From Epiperipatus broadwayi (taxonomy: Eukaryota; Animalia; Onychophora): 64,000 bases of DNA. Position numbers and translations under genes: made by a program. This document shows, in pieces, positions 1 through 14,759 of the stretch. The notes under the pieces are model-generated. The model had not been told where the DNA came from, searched no databases, and worked only from the letters and a program-made list of their open reading frames with translations. The first letter of the stretch is position 1, and each line of letters opens with the position of its first letter. The stretch is from NCBI GenBank assembly GCA_028023455.1, contig JAQFVV010000003.1, positions 9,424,001-9,488,000 of the forward strand. The letters are read 5' to 3'.

Positions 1-3000
1 ATTCTGGATTCTTTATTTTATTATTATATTGTCTTTTTGCCATAAACATCAAAATATCTGTAGAATAAAGAGGTGTTAAATGTATCTGTTTTAGAATTTT
101 TTAATAATACATGTTTTTGTTGTTTTTTTTTTTTCAAAAAAATAAAAAAGAAACTGTATGGTTGTGATTTTTCATCCTTATATAAAAACTGCACAATCAT
201 AATTTTTTTAGTCTGTCATTATTTAACATTTCTTCATTCGCACACATATTTATTTTTTTCATTTCCAGTATAATTTTATATACTATGATTTTTTTAAAAT
301 AGGACATATATTTTTATATATATATACCTGTATATAAAGATCTAAGCTCAAAATTGAATAAATATAATTGGTCATCATAGATTTATTACTATTCTTGCTG
401 ATCACCAATACCATTAAGATCCTATTTTACTAGTTTTCTCAATTTGAGCTTGAATCATATTATAGGTTCATAAATCTCATTTCCTATTGGCCCTCATTCC
501 CTGAGTCATGAAATCAATATAAAAATACTCTAGTAACTGAGAATCTTTTACAAGCATTTTGGAGTATTATGATTTAGAGCATGAGGGGTTTAAGGATGTT
601 GTGAGATAATTGTTGGCTTATTTTGTCCTTCTTTTATTCCTCTTTCCCTAATCCAGCCGGATAATGAAACCTGGCTAGTAAGTCTACACACCCATTTGTT
701 CTTCCTAGCATGAATTTGCATGTTGCACTTATTATATAGCACAAGATATCTACACTCCTGGCATTTAATCATTTTCACTGCCAGTTAATATAATTACACA
801 TCTTTTGCTTCTTTAATACAGCTTTCTTGCTTTTTTTGGACAGTTTTCTTCTTCTTACACATATTTTACTTTATGCAACATATTTTACATCTTTTTTTCA
901 GACATAGTATGTAATATATCATTAAAAACAAAATAATACATCAACACAGTATATGGTAGTTAATATTATATGCATTTGAATTGTAATATTATTATGACTT
1001 AAAATATTTATGTACATTCTGTTGGCTCATTGTAAAAATAAGTTACATTATATATTATATATGATTTTAATTTTAAATAAATACATGTAAATTTTTACTG
1101 CTTTTTATTAATGCAATATTCATGTTTCAATCACACTTGCTTTCAGGGTATTATTATTTTGGATTTTTAACTGAAAATTATTTTGATATTATTGTATATA
1201 AAGTATGGGTTCTTTGCAGAAACAAATTACACATATTTTTTTTTTGTAAGAATGGCTGTATTTGTCTTCACAATAAATAAAAAACATTTCTGTTAAATGT
1301 AGATGAATTACTATTTCAATTTAAAATATATGATAAATTCTTTAGCTGAAGGCATATGTAGGCAATTAAGTAATATATTACTATGGTTGCATAATACTTA
1401 ATCACTAGCATTGATAATTTGTCATTGCTTGTTACACCACAATCTTATCATAAGTTATTCTAGCATTCCTCTATTAAGATTAATATCATAAACATTAACA
1501 AATCTTTTAAGAATGAATGCAGTTCAAGCTGATAGATAATGAAATGATCTTCAGTATGAAAATTAACTCTGAATACCCAACAAATAATGCCTGACCAAGA
1601 GTGTTTTCTGCTGCCTTGTAAAATGTTGGATGGAAACTGCATTTAATACAAACACATTTTATATCTTCTCTATGTATCATTTTATGTTAGTGTCTTTAAT
1701 AAATCAAGTTAATAAAGCTTCTAATTGTAATTAGCCTCTCACACAATTGGTTCACAACTGTGATAGGATTGTGCATGGCAATTACATTTTCATCCTCTAA
1801 CTAACCTTATTATAAAACTTTAATAATTTCTTTATTATGTTAAATTCTGGGAGGGGGAGATAAGAAAAATGAATTAATAATATTGCAATAAATTGACTGA
1901 CTTAATACACAGTAATTGAATAACAATTTCAATTTTTTTCACAATTTTAATAAGAGATGTTCGTTGCATTTATTTGAGATTGTGAGGAATATCTCTAATA
2001 ATCAAAAATGAAGATAGGTTCATAAAGTTATTTATTATAGTTAAAGAATTAACCAGATAATCATTTCTGGCCAGTTTTAAGTTACTGTGCCAAAGTCTTT
2101 GAAGGATTGTTAGTATTTGATAACAACTAATCAGATTGAATGCTAAACTTAATATGTGCCACTATATAGCTTTTTCAAAATAATCATGGAAAAAATCTTG
2201 TCCAGTTTCTCTAGATAATCTGATGTAATGGCATTAACTTTTGGATTTAAATATAATTGCTTGTAGTGATTTTGTAATAGTAATGTATAAATGCGTATTA
2301 ATAATAAAACATCACAACTTTCTCTGCTTACATTTTATAAGGTAGTGCCAATTAAGTTCTCTTTATAATTTTTAACCAATGAGAATTGAGTTTAAATATT
2401 GTCTAGTGCTTTTGATTATTCATGCTTGTGATAGAAAGCTGTAGAATAGAATGGGCTCATTCAATGTAATCTGGAGAGTCATATGACAGTCTGTTTCAAA
2501 AGAAGAAAGGATTTGATTCAAATAATTGATAAAAATGTAATTATGAATTTACTTTTAATTGTAGTTTGAAATCAATCTTGTTTACTATTCTAATTTGATG
2601 GTACTTATAAATTATATTTAATGTTTTTTTATTAGTTATTTATTATAATAATTTAAATCATAAAAAATATTATATGGGTTAATTTGCTAGGAGTCTTGTG
2701 GTTCAGGAAAATTATATCGACCTGCCTTGTCTAAATACAGATCAAATATAATTCTTTTTAAGATACTTAGAATTTTTCTTTCAGGTGTCTGATCAATAGC
2801 CAACACAGTTAACCACTGAATATTGGTCAGTAAATGGATATTTTATCATTAGTTAGAAATAAAACAAGGATCGAAAATTGTTCATAGCTTCATCACGTGA
2901 CAATTGGAAATCTTTTCGCAATTCCTCTGTGAGAGAAAAAGGCTTTACTCTTCTGGGCTATTTATTAAACTCAATCTCCTAAATAAAATACACTATTAAT

Positions 3001-3789
3001 TGATTTTTGCACAGAAAAAAAAAATAAAACAGTATTATGAAAATGCTATAATTTCATTGAAATTATAGATTGTTTTTGAATAAATGCACATTATTGCTTT
3101 CAGAACATGATTTTTTTTTTGATTGTCAAAATTATAATAAAAATTTAATCTAATAACTTTTTAGCCCCAATATTTAGGTTTTGTCTATTTACTATTTTAA
3201 AATGTTAATTTTTCTCATGAACCAATAACGAATGAATTTAGATTAATCTTTTTTATTTAGTAGATTATATTTATCATCTTATATTGAATTCGGAGCTACA
3301 GAAAAGAATTTGATATTAGCTGAAAGAAATACCTTTGATTTCTCTTTGACACTTAAAGAAACCTGGCAGGACAAAATTCTAATGTGTACTTCTTAAAGTC
3401 TTCTCATTATAGCTGTTATTACTATGTGGTTATTAGTAGTATGGTAAACAAGCTTGAATGGACTTCTCATCTATATCCACCATTCACTGTAGTGAGCTTA
3501 ATGGTATTATACCTCTGAGTTTAACTAGTTAAACTGACCTGAGACACAATTTTCACAATAACGTCAGTTTTAATAATGTTAGAGCAAAAAAATTTACATT
3601 GATAGAAACTAGAAAAACTAAAGAAAACAATATGGTTAAGACACATAGTGATTATCATTAAAAGAATAATCTAACAAAGAAATTTCCACATCTAAAATAA
3701 TTATTACTTTATTGTTTGTTCATAATTTCTACTTTATTATTAACTAAGATTAAATTACATCTTCAGTGGTAATTTCTTTGTATTCCTCA

Positions 3790-5061
3790 CAAAATTTCTT
3801 TTGAAATGATATATAAAACATCTTACCTGAGATAATCCATAACTTCAGAACTTACAGTAATAGGAAGATAAGAATTCTTCATTTTTTTCTTGCATCCCAA
3901 AGTTGAAAAAGTTCAAGGCTCTGGAAAAAAAAAAGTTCTTCCTAATAAAAGATAAAAAAAAAAAAATTAGAATTCTATCAGAATGTAAAAATAATGAAAC
4001 AAGTGTAGATATTATTACTTACCTCTATAAATTATTTTGATTTTAGACTTTGGATAAACCAACCTTGTTCATAACATCATCATACTGAATAATCATTGCC
4101 AATACAGAAAACAATTTACAAATTTAGAATATGAGAAGTCAAAGATTACTAAAAAGGTTCTAAAGGCACATATTTATATATAAAAAAATGTGTATATTCT
4201 ATCTCTTTCAGGATATGTCTTCCAGAGAAGCATACTTGTTCATATTATCTAATACAAATTTGCAAAATATTAAATATTTCATATTATTCAATATTATTAG
4301 TAATAAAAGATAAATCATTCCAGATCTTGTTTATCAATTGGCCAAAGTAATCAGTAAAACAAAAACAATAAAAACTAAGTTAGTAAACCAAAAACAATAA
4401 AAACTGCAATCTCTCTGTGCATCTGGTATGCAGCTTGAAAATTAACATTGCATTTTTTGTAATAGATCGAATTTTATAAATATGGTCAAATTTTGCACTT
4501 TTTTTGTTCAGCATTTTTTTATTATATTGGCAAAATATGGAATTCTAATAGTAGTATCATTACTCCAAATGTCCTTCAATGGAATACAGGGACCTTACAA
4601 GAAATTTCCAATGTCATCCCAAAAAAGGCAGACAATTCCCATTCTGACACATTTTTCCCATCACGCATACATTTCTTCTTAGGGACATATTTATTTGTTT
4701 CTTACAGCTTTTTATCAAATAACATATAAAAGAAATCTAAGATAGAATACTCACCCACAGTCAAAAACTTCAAACCTGGAGTCTTTGTGAAATTCTCTAC
4801 ATTGACTAGTCCTGTAGTAATGTTCAAAGGCCTATTAGAAGCACTAGTTGACAGGCCTGCTCTACTGCTATCATCCAGAACAACATTTGTATTTTTTCTT
4901 AGCTTTTTCACTGGTAAAGTGGTTGCTTCTTTTTCTTTGGATGATGTTATGAAGTATTCCTGTAGATTGCTGTAATTAATACTGTCACCGGAATCAAATG
5001 GTTTAGGAATTTCAAATTCATCGAGGCTGGAAGAATCCATTTCTGAATCCATATCTGCCAT
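3790..5061 (-). mobile_element. Decayed, internally deleted piggyBac-family transposase
   Basis: ORF 4702..5061 is an acidic N-terminus followed by FTKTPGLKFL..SILDFFYMLFD. Continuing across frameshifts gives ETNKY, ELSAFFGMTL, LKDIWSND..IPYFANII, DHIYKIRSI and NFQAAYQMHREIAV. It ends in a C-terminal Cys-rich remnant SSYYCKF*SYGLSQVRCFIYH. These match piggyBac/PGBD (DDE_Tnp_1_7) consensus motifs. TIRs were not found. Confidence 0.8.
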
Positions 5062-5199
5062 TTAATTTCTTTGCGTCATTTTGTCTCCATGTAATCTAAA
5101 AAAACAGAGAAAAAAATAATAAAACTAAGTAACCTTCCTTGGGAAAAAATTAATAAAAACTTTATTTTTTGTCATAAAAAAAATGGTGATTACTTACAG

Positions 5200-8115
5200 A
5201 AGTAAAATGAAACGTTGGACTTTATGAAATTAGAAAGTGAAGATACAATTAACTTAAGAAGTGGGCATGTGTTTTATTATAAAAGGACAAATGTTGGAAG
5301 CACAAATGAAATGGTGATTGATTATAAATAAAAACTGGAGTGACAACCTTGTGAAAATTGATGTTATATCAGACAGAATTCCAAGATTAATTATTTTAAT
5401 TAATGGAAGATGACAAATATAGACAATTCTAGTTTATGTCCCAAGTTTTTACTGTGATGAAGAAGCAGAGGATTTTTATATGAATATACAAAATACAATC
5501 ACACTAAACAATATTTTAAAATTGTCATGGGATACTTTAATGATAGAACTGGTAAAATGATATGGGTAAATTTGTATTATGATGTTAGAAATCAGAAAGG
5601 ACACAGACTTGTGGAATTTGCAGAAAAAGAAAAACTGTATATTATGAATTTGTTTGTTTTTGTTTTTTTTTTTGAAAAAAATGCTAAATGGAAATAGACA
5701 TGAAAGCATTCAAATAAAAATTTAGCAAAATTAAACTGTATTGTGCCTAACAAGTACAAGATTATAATACTCTTAATGTATTCGATATAGGAAGTGATTA
5801 TTGATTAGTGAGATATCATATACATGTTGATACAAAACAAGAGAGATGAAAAATATAAAGATAATATTAGTGAGTAGTAATATACATGCTCATACTAAAT
5901 GAGAAAGATGAAAAATATTGAGGAATATAGTATTAACAGTTGATAATCTTAATCTTTTGAAATGCTCCAATAAATTTAAATTAGAACTTGCAAATTATTT
6001 TAATAGATAGTTCAGATTTGACTGAAGTCAATAAGAAGATAACTAATATTCTACTAAGAACTACAAAAATATAGCTGTTACATAAAAGCAGCAATTTGCC
6101 AGTAAATTTTCTACTAGATCAAGATAATATTTGAAGACTTTAAAAAAAGGAATATGTACAGTTTTAAAAATGGTCCATTGAGACAAATTGAATTTTTAGA
6201 GTTTTGCAACATAGTCCAAAATAAAAAAGATAATAATGAAAAAATATAATTGTTAATTGGCAAGAAAAAATATAGAGAAGAATACAAGCCTCAAAAGTGT
6301 AAAACAACATTTTGATATTGGAAAAAAAAGTTATTCCAGTAACAAGAATTAAAAGATGGAACTATTAGTAAAAAAATAAGGATAAAATATATGGAAGAGT
6401 TTTAGAAAGAATTATATACTACACCATCTGAATTGCCAAGTATTTTTAATGAAAACTTGAAATATGTAATCAAATATATAAAGAAGGGAAAAGTTCCTGG
6501 AAATAATGAAATTATTATCTTGAAGAAAAAAAAGAAGATAAAAATGATAAAAATTTGCTATATGATTGGAAGAATGCAGTAATATATAGATATTTAATAA
6601 ACATAATAAAGAAGATATTATAAATTACAAATCTATCACTTTTCTATCAATTCCATACAAAATCTTTATCAAGATAATTACAATTCATCTACAACTAACT
6701 TTGGATTCTAACCAATTAAAAAAGTAACCTGGATATAAAAATGAGTTTAGCAGAATATATTGCATCCAAATATTGAGAGAAGTTATAGAAATGTCCAATG
6801 GATGTAAATTGTCTTTATGCTTGGATGTTTAAATTATGAAAAGGCATTTGATTCTGTAAGAATTTCCATAATGATCAATGTTTTGAATCATCAAGATATA
6901 GATCTAGGATATTGAAATATTCTGAATTATATCATTGATTATGTTATATTATGATGCTAAGAAGATTAACTTTGAGAAGGATATATAGCAGGATAATTTC
7001 ATATCTTCAAAAGTTTTTACAGCAGTTTTATGAAAAGTATTTTGTAGATTAAAATGGGAAGCTAATAGAGTAAAAATAATTTTAAGTCATCTAGAGTTTT
7101 CCAAATGACATTTGTTTTTGAAAATAATGCTTCAGAGCTTCAGGAAATGTTGCAGATGAAAGTAAAAATAACAGGGCTATAGATAAATGCTGAGAAGTCT
7201 AAAATAATATCTAATGGATTTTCTCAAAAGAAAAATTGATAATCATGAATTAAAAGATGTTAACAACTATAAATATCTTGGTCATATTATTAATAGAGTG
7301 AGAAAAATAGTGAAGTAAATTAATCATAGAATTAAACTTTGATGGAGTGCTTTTGATAGAAATAATTTACTAATAAAAGGAAATATATCTATGTGTTTGA
7401 AAAGAAAAGTTTTTAACAGAAGTGCTTTATGAATACAATTTATCCAAACCACTTATAACACTTTTTAGCAAAAGCATTTTATTGTACATATATAAATACA
7501 CCTTACATTTATTTTATTCATTATATCATAACCCTGAAGAAGACTGCAGAACAGTTGAAACATAAGGTCTGCATATATATGTACAATTAAAGCCTTTTGC
7601 TAAAAAATGTTAAAGTGGTTTGGATAAATTGTATTTATATAAGATATTACTGCAAAATAAAGAAAAGGGTGATTTTGGTAAAATTTCTGAAGAAGTGATT
7701 TACTAGTTTTTACTTATGGACATTTAACAGAAGAACAGTACACTAACTTCAGATCACTTAATGAAGTATGGAAAAATGTATAATAAGAGTAATAAAAAGA
7801 AAGTAAAAACAAAATACATGTTTGACAGAACAATCGGGTATCACTGACATCATTGAAAAATTAAAAGATTGAAATGGAATTGAACTGGGAATATGGCCAA
7901 AAGAAATGATAGATGGATAGTTGAAGTTTTAAATTGGATCTCAAGAAATTGTAAAATACATAGAAAGAGACCACATGTGAGAGCATGGATGAAAAAATGA
8001 AGTTTGCTGATGTGACATGGAGAAGAGAGACTATGAATTGTAACATCTGGATTGAATTTGTCAGGTCTTCATCCTATAGTGGATTAGTAATAGATGAAAA
8101 TTATTATTATAATAA
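5200..8115 (+). mobile_element. Degenerate RTE-clade LINE (APE + RT)
   Basis: Remnants of SGHVFYY, SDRI, VY.P..DEEAEDFY and G.FN (APE); KGK.PG, ISL.S..YKIF, KAFDSV, QD..S.K.FTA, SHL.F..DI and YKYLG (RT); LKW.W.G.MA. Ends in an (ATT/AAT)n tail near 8100. Many stops and frameshifts. Confidence 0.85.
7431..7637 (+). repeat. Fold-back mini-element with hammerhead-like core inserted in the RTE
   Basis: ~75-bp inverted arms (7431-7506 and 7561-7637). The spacer contains CTGAAGA-A-GACTG-cagaa-CAGTT-GAAAC-ataag-GTC (7534-7569). Confidence 0.7.
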
Positions 8116-9299
8116 TGACTGACTGAACTTTATGTAGTTCTCTCTAATAATTCTTTAATAGATGAGCTATGTCTTTTTTTTCGGATTTATTTACTTTGTT
8201 TTGCTTTCTTTTTTTGTGTTGTTTATGTTTTTATTAGTGTTTATCATTTAAAGATGCACAGAAGGAAGCAATGATTAACCAATTTCATATATGAATGATA
8301 GAATTTCATTTATTTCACAGTCGAAAGTTGATGTTAATCTGACTAGACACAAAATAATAATAATGGATTGTCTTTATTTTTTCACAGCCATTCTACTTTA
8401 AAATGCTGGTTGTCGCCAAGATATTTATTTTAAAAAATTTCTGTACAATATTTATGTATGATATTTATATATAAAACTCAATATGTATATATAGTATTTA
8501 TCTAAAAATCAGTAGCATATAATTTTTAATATGATATACATTTCGCTTAAATAATATTTTTTTAATACAAATATAATAATTAAAGCTGCTTTTTCAGCTT
8601 CTTTATTTAAAAATATTGGCAATTTTATCTTATTTTTAAGTTTTCTGTGATTCAAACTAACAACTGAGTTTTTTTTATTTTTGATTTCTTATTATGTTTA
8701 TATATATAGAATCTAAATACAAATTCATTAAAAATCTGTTTTCTCTTTAGTCATTGGATTAATAAAAATTTTAACAATATCACTATTTTTTTGCTTATTT
8801 GTAATTTAATCACTCTCTTTTTTACAATTAGTTTAATGGTAATTTTATTTGTTAAAGATTACATTTTATAACAACAATATATTTATATATACAGTACTTG
8901 CAAGGTATATAAATTGTTTTTAGTAAATTTTCCAAAAACAATAGGTTTCACCTTGATAATAACATGAAATTAATAATTTTTAACAATAGTTACATTTTAA
9001 AATTATGGAAAGTGTTTAAGTTATTTGATTATAAAAATAGGTCCAGAAATGAAATAAAATTTAATAACTTAAAATTACAAAGATGTGATGTAAAATAGTT
9101 TTTTCTTAAACAAAGTCAAACCTTTCTATGTATTGGCTATGCACTCAAAAACCATTTACTAAGTTAAAAATTAACTTCCTCAAAAAGCCCTTACATATCA
9201 TAATAAACTCATCTACTTCTTACTCATTTTTAACTAATTATTTTTGCAGTTTAATTCATTTCTTTTTTCCATTTATCCCATTTAAATAAATGCTTTTTT

Positions 9300-12200
9300 A
9301 TTAGTTTCACTAATCTATCCTCATATTACCCAATTTGGTTATGAAGATGTAAACAAAAAGTCATAAAATCTCTACCATATTTATACTCTTTACCTTTAAA
9401 TTTCTTCCACTTCCAAAGATAAATACTCAATATGGTCTCTACTATTTCCACATAAATATTATATACAATCCAAATTCTTATTTCATTTTTGCCTTCTCTT
9501 GGTATCTGAAATTCCCACTCTTGTACTAAGTAACAATAAACTTTTTTGTTATCATTCATCCTTTCATATTTTATAATTTTTATTCTTATATAATACCAAA
9601 CTAGTTTTTATTCATATTTATATCATTTCATATACAAATACATGGACACAAACTTTCTGTTTATTATCTTCGCATGTTGTAAAACTTTCTTGTCCGGCAT
9701 GTTGTTGTATTCTTCACAAAATCCAGTAAAACACTATTTTTACCAATCTATTTGCATTTATATCTTTTAATCTTTCAAATATTTTAAATTTATTTTTGAT
9801 TTCCCTCATTAAAAGAAAATGTCTCCCTATTTCATTTTAAATATTACTATTTGTTTTCACAATTCATTATCCAATGCATATTTAGCAACTTTTTTTTGTA
9901 TTCTATCTAAAAAATGTGCCTTGGCCAATACAAAATACATTATTTGCAAATGTTAAAAGTAACCACCATCATTCTTTTCCAAATAATTCTACACATGTCA
10001 TATTCATCATAGTTGAAACATATCAAATTTTTAATCATTCCCATCATTATTTATTGCATTTTCTGAAATCTAATTCTCAATTATCTGTAAAAATTTTATT
10101 TAAGAAATTATATAAATACCTATACTCCCACTTCTTCTTAGTTTCCATCTTCAAGTTTTAAACATTCTCATTAAATATTTAAGATTTTAAATTTTTCTAC
10201 ACTGAATTTAATTTTTCACAGTTTTTTGCCTCTCCAACATCATATTTTCTATATTGTTTGAAAAAAATTTGATATCATCTACAAAAAAATAATTATTACA
10301 TCATGTATTTTCTCATGCCAATTATAGAAATTTCTTTTTCTATTTCATTTCTCTTAGATCAAAATAAATAGTAATGATAATGATGGGCATTTTTTATATT
10401 GATTCTATATCACCCAATTGCTACTTACAAAAATTATTCTTACAAAGATTTTAATAATTCTAAATTTATTCATATATATTTAAGGCTTCTCTGCAGTCTT
10501 TTCTCTCTACTTACCATAAATCTTTTTTATATCAAAAAATTCTATAAACAATGGTTTATTTTTTTTATAAGACCTTTTCCCCATTCAAAATTAATAAAGA
10601 TCCAATATTCTTCATTTATTCTTAATACCACCCAAAATTTCACTCTCTTCCATCCAAGTTCTAAGCATATCTTTTAAGATATGTATAAATAATTTATAAA
10701 CTATAGAAATTAGTACTAGTGACTCATAACTAGTTAACAACATAAAATATTTTCTTTTTATATACTTTTTTATTATTTCTGGAATTTTATTATCAATTAT
10801 AATTTTAATAAAACTTCCATTTTCATATTTCCCCACATTTACTATCATTCTATCTGCCATACTACTCCTGGTTTTTTAAAAAAATATCTTCTTCACACAA
10901 AGTTCTTATTACAAATTCATTATTTTTTTAAGTTCCACTTTAGTCTATCTACACTTTTCTCTGCATTTAATAATATAACATTTTTCTTCTTATTTCTATT
11001 CGTTGTATATCTCCCAAATTTTTCTTAATCTTCTGCTTCTACACTGATATTTTTTTCCACAAGTTTTTTGTTAAGTTCATCTCATTTATAACTTTATTCT
11101 ATACAATTATTATTATTTTTTAATTAACTGTCCCAACTAAACTTCACTTTCATTTTCTTTTTAATAAATCCTATATGCCTTTCTTTTTGTTTTACTTTTT
11201 CTAAAAAAAATGCCTGCATTTTTCCTTATTAATTCTGCTAGTTTTTTTATAAACACTCATTTAATATTTTTCACTATATCCATCCACTCTTCATAAATTT
11301 TAAAATCACTATCAGAATTGTTATACTGTTAACCTTACTTTAACTTCATTGCTTATTTTCCACCAGCACTGTCAGTCATTCTATAAATTTTATTAGTTAG
11401 CTTTTTAGTAATCTCTCATTCTTCCAATATTAAATTATGATTGTCACTATATCCTTTTCTTTTTTATTTTTTTAAATCTTTTTTAATTCCTTTTTACCCA
11501 TCAAGACATAATCAACAGTATATTCCCATAATATTTTTTGTTCAAATTCCACAATCCATCTTTTTTATTTATCCTTTTTAATAATTCTTGATTTTTCCGT
11601 AATCCATCAATTTTTATGACTGTTCATGTCTCTAACAAATAATATTTTACAATTATTCTTTCTAAATTCGTTTTTTAAAAATAATAGAATAATTTGAAGT
11701 GGGATAATTAGGTGACAAGCAATAAACCTTAAGCTACATAATCTTTCATATATTTTTATGTAATTTTTTTTAAATATTTTCATTTCATTCTTTCACATCT
11801 CTCATTTCTGTTAACTAAACATACTATGTCACATATCCATTTTTATTTACCCAATTTCATTCTAATCCTCATCTATTCTTTACAATTTTTTTTTTAAAAT
11901 GTCATTTTTAACAATAATTCTTATATTCCATTTTTTTTTATCCTCATTATATCTATTCAGTTTTTTCCATTTCCATTTCTGAAGATATGGTGCATATATC
12001 ATTCCTTAAAAGTATTTTTGTCACTGTTAACACTTCTATTATTTCTCCTATAAAAACCTTCAATTCTCTGTATTTATATCTCTATATACCTGTATATTTA
12101 TAAAAAATATATATATTAATATCCTAGGTCCTTTTAAATATATATACATATTAACAATTTCCAGATATTCTCCATAATAAGTCTATTCTTTCATACTTCA
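9300..12200 (-). mobile_element. Degenerate non-LTR retrotransposon (APE + RT), clade unresolved
   Basis: ORF 10612..10860 resembles the RT N-terminal region (LISIVYKLFIHILKDMLRTWMEESEILG). LFVDDIK is at ~10270-10290, and APE-like remnants (VDY, .DHNL) lie at ~11400-11750. Confidence 0.7.
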
Positions 12201-13289
12201 TCATTGTTACACTCCTAATTGTGAACATTTCCCCCTTTTTACATCTATCTCCCACCTTGCATTTGGATTAAAAAATAATTGAATGGTTTTCTCAGGAGTT
12301 TTTTAGAAGTTTGAATATCAGAATGGCAGAATTGGACCAAAATACATAGACTTTGATCCAGAGTTCATCATTATATCACTGCACCAAATCATGTTGGGCT
12401 TCTTTATTCATTTTTAGGTATATATACCATTTCATTTTTTAATTAAATGGATAATAAAATTTATTGTAAATTTAAATCAATATTTTATCCCTCCCCCACT
12501 TTTTCAATTAAACATAATCTATTCTTTGCAAATGCATCTGTATTTTTAATGAACACCTACCACATATTCTTTTTTAAAAAAGGCACTGTTGTTCCCTCAC
12601 AAACACATTAACTTCAAGTTAACTCTATAAATTTATTTAAAGTTACCTTGCTACTCTTACCTGTGTGCTTTTTTCTTTCAATTTCATAACCATATCCTCA
12701 AAATGCCTCATTATTTCTTCAATATTCCTTATTTATATTATTTATTTCTCAACAAATATTAAATTGAAAATTAGAACTTTAAGCATCATTTATCAAAATA
12801 ATGTGAAAATAAAATATCAGATGTTATATGTAATGGCCAGATTCTGAATTGTAAACTTTGGTAATGCAAGACTTGTGTGAATGCTTTTATTCATAGTAAT
12901 TTAATAACTCTCTATAGACTGTTCAAACTGCAGTTTTAAATTTTAATCGCTTTAGAATTATAAAAAGCAATATTTGAAATTACTTAAAATTTTAAACTAT
13001 TGAAATATTTGTTATTAATGTAATAACATAATCATGTCCTGAGATTCAAACTCATATCAAATGAACTTAAGATATTTTTTCATAAGATTTTTTATTTCAG
13101 GTGCTTGATTCATAGTCAATTTAATTAACTAATTGTTATAAATTGATACTTTAATATCTAGATATTATTAGTATAAGACAGATTAATCTGGATTGGTCTT
13201 CTGGTGTTGATGTTCTGAATGTAAAAAGATGTTATGGTGGTAAAGGGTGTACCATATTTCTACTGGCACTGAGTTTAAGGACTGAAATG

Positions 13290-13375
13290 GAGTTAAGTTG
13301 GACAAAAATGCTAAAGAAAGTGACAATAGATGGACAGTTGAAATCAGTCTGGATTCCAAAAGATTATATATATAA
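13290..13375 (+). mobile_element. Short RTE 3' fragment
   Basis: Reads as LKW..VG....DNRWTVEI..W.PK, the RTE C-terminal motif, and is similar to 7870-7960. Confidence 0.55.
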
Positions 13376-13413
13376 GTGTAATACTGTTCAAGGCTAAATG
13401 GGTTTATAAGTAA

Positions 13414-13520
13414 TCATTAAAATCAGTCAACACTTAGACAATCCCAGTATCACTAACAACCTTGGTAACAGATTAAGATTGTTGATTTCTAGTGATATTG
13501 GGATTATCTATGTTGACTGA
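13414..13520. repeat. Short inverted repeat (~42-bp arms)
   Basis: tcattaaaatcagtcaacacttagacaatcccagtatcacta is paired with tagtgatattgggattatctatgttgactgattttaatga. Confidence 0.8.
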
Positions 13521-14759
13521 TTTTAATGATATATAAGATGGATAAATAAAATTAGGAAGATACAGACAGAAATGATGTAGGAATGATGAGAGATGTGAAT
13601 TTGAAAAACTAAACCTAACTTGTAGAGAGTTTGAAAATGATAAAAATGAACTAGAATATGAAACTGAATTTTCCAATATTATTTGCTATTTTCAATCACA
13701 GGATAAAAAAACCCAAAATAAAGTATAATTGATTAATATAAATTTTAAATAAGTATAAAATTATTTATTTTTTAGAAACTAATAAAATTAAAAGTGCTCT
13801 AAGACATTTGGGATACTCTTTATTACATTACTTTGTCAATAACGCATGAGATTTTTTATATCCTTCTAAAACTTGACCACTATGTGTTTTTGCCACGATC
13901 TTTTACCATCATTTTTATTTTATCATCTTTTCCCATATTTTTACTACTCAATAAAAACTAATAACTACTACTTTTCCATAGATGTTAGCTGATGCAAATT
14001 CTATTAGACAAATTAATTAAGCAAGTTATATATTAGTAGGACTATTAATTTGAAATGATTTGTGATTTATTTGTACTTTTTGAATGACGTTTAGACAAAA
14101 TGTTTCAAAAATTATAAAAAATTTAAATATATAGCTTTTTTTGATTGGCAATTACTTTTATATAATTAATGTAAAAGAGCCTGTCTTTAAAAAGCTGAAA
14201 ATGAAATGCCTTTATGTGACATTAGAGTCAAATCTTATTTTTTTTTTACAATTTATTAACATTACTGTATAAAATTCTCTTAAAAACAATTGTTTATCAA
14301 AAGCAATTTATTTCAAATATTTTTATAAGTTTTGGATTAAACTGTTTATAAATTTTCAGACATTTTATTATATTTAATATTTACAAACTTAAGCAATTTC
14401 ATACTTCAATAGATCTAAGTACCAAAACATTTATTGCTAAGACTATATTTATCATCTCAAGCTTTTTGTTTACTTAAGCTCTATCATATCACAACTATCC
14501 ATCAGCACAGATATATATCATATTTTTATTTTTCTTTCATTACTGCAAATCCATGAGTTGACTTCTGTTTTGTTTGTAATGTTAACTTATTTTTATAGAT
14601 TTATTTTTTTCTGTTACTAAAATACAGACTAAATTTATTTTTTAGCATATGTTTATTTCGTATGTTTTAATCACTTTACAGGTCATCCTCAAGATATTTT
14701 TTATATATATAAAATGTTTTAATTAATATAAAACAGTGAGAACATAAACTTCTACATTA

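Noticed and set aside
260-480. Weak inverted repeat (taagctcaaaattga / tcaatttgagcttga)
   Set aside because: Arms are short and AT-rich, with no internal motif or second copy.
73-1642. Short ORFs 73..273, 590..778 and 1460..1642 as genes or a second piggyBac
   Set aside because: Only faint resemblances (KRCKIC, GIICWV) and AT-rich low-complexity composition, which is insufficient.
2865-2950. Last exon of a - strand gene (EELRKDF...LFYF*)
   Set aside because: No upstream exons or recognisable family. Kept only as an unassigned relic.
4745-4760. Apparent splice donor (GGTGAGT) suggesting ORF 4702..5061 is a host exon
   Set aside because: The reading frame runs through it into piggyBac motifs (SILDFF..LFD, ETN), so it is transposase sequence.
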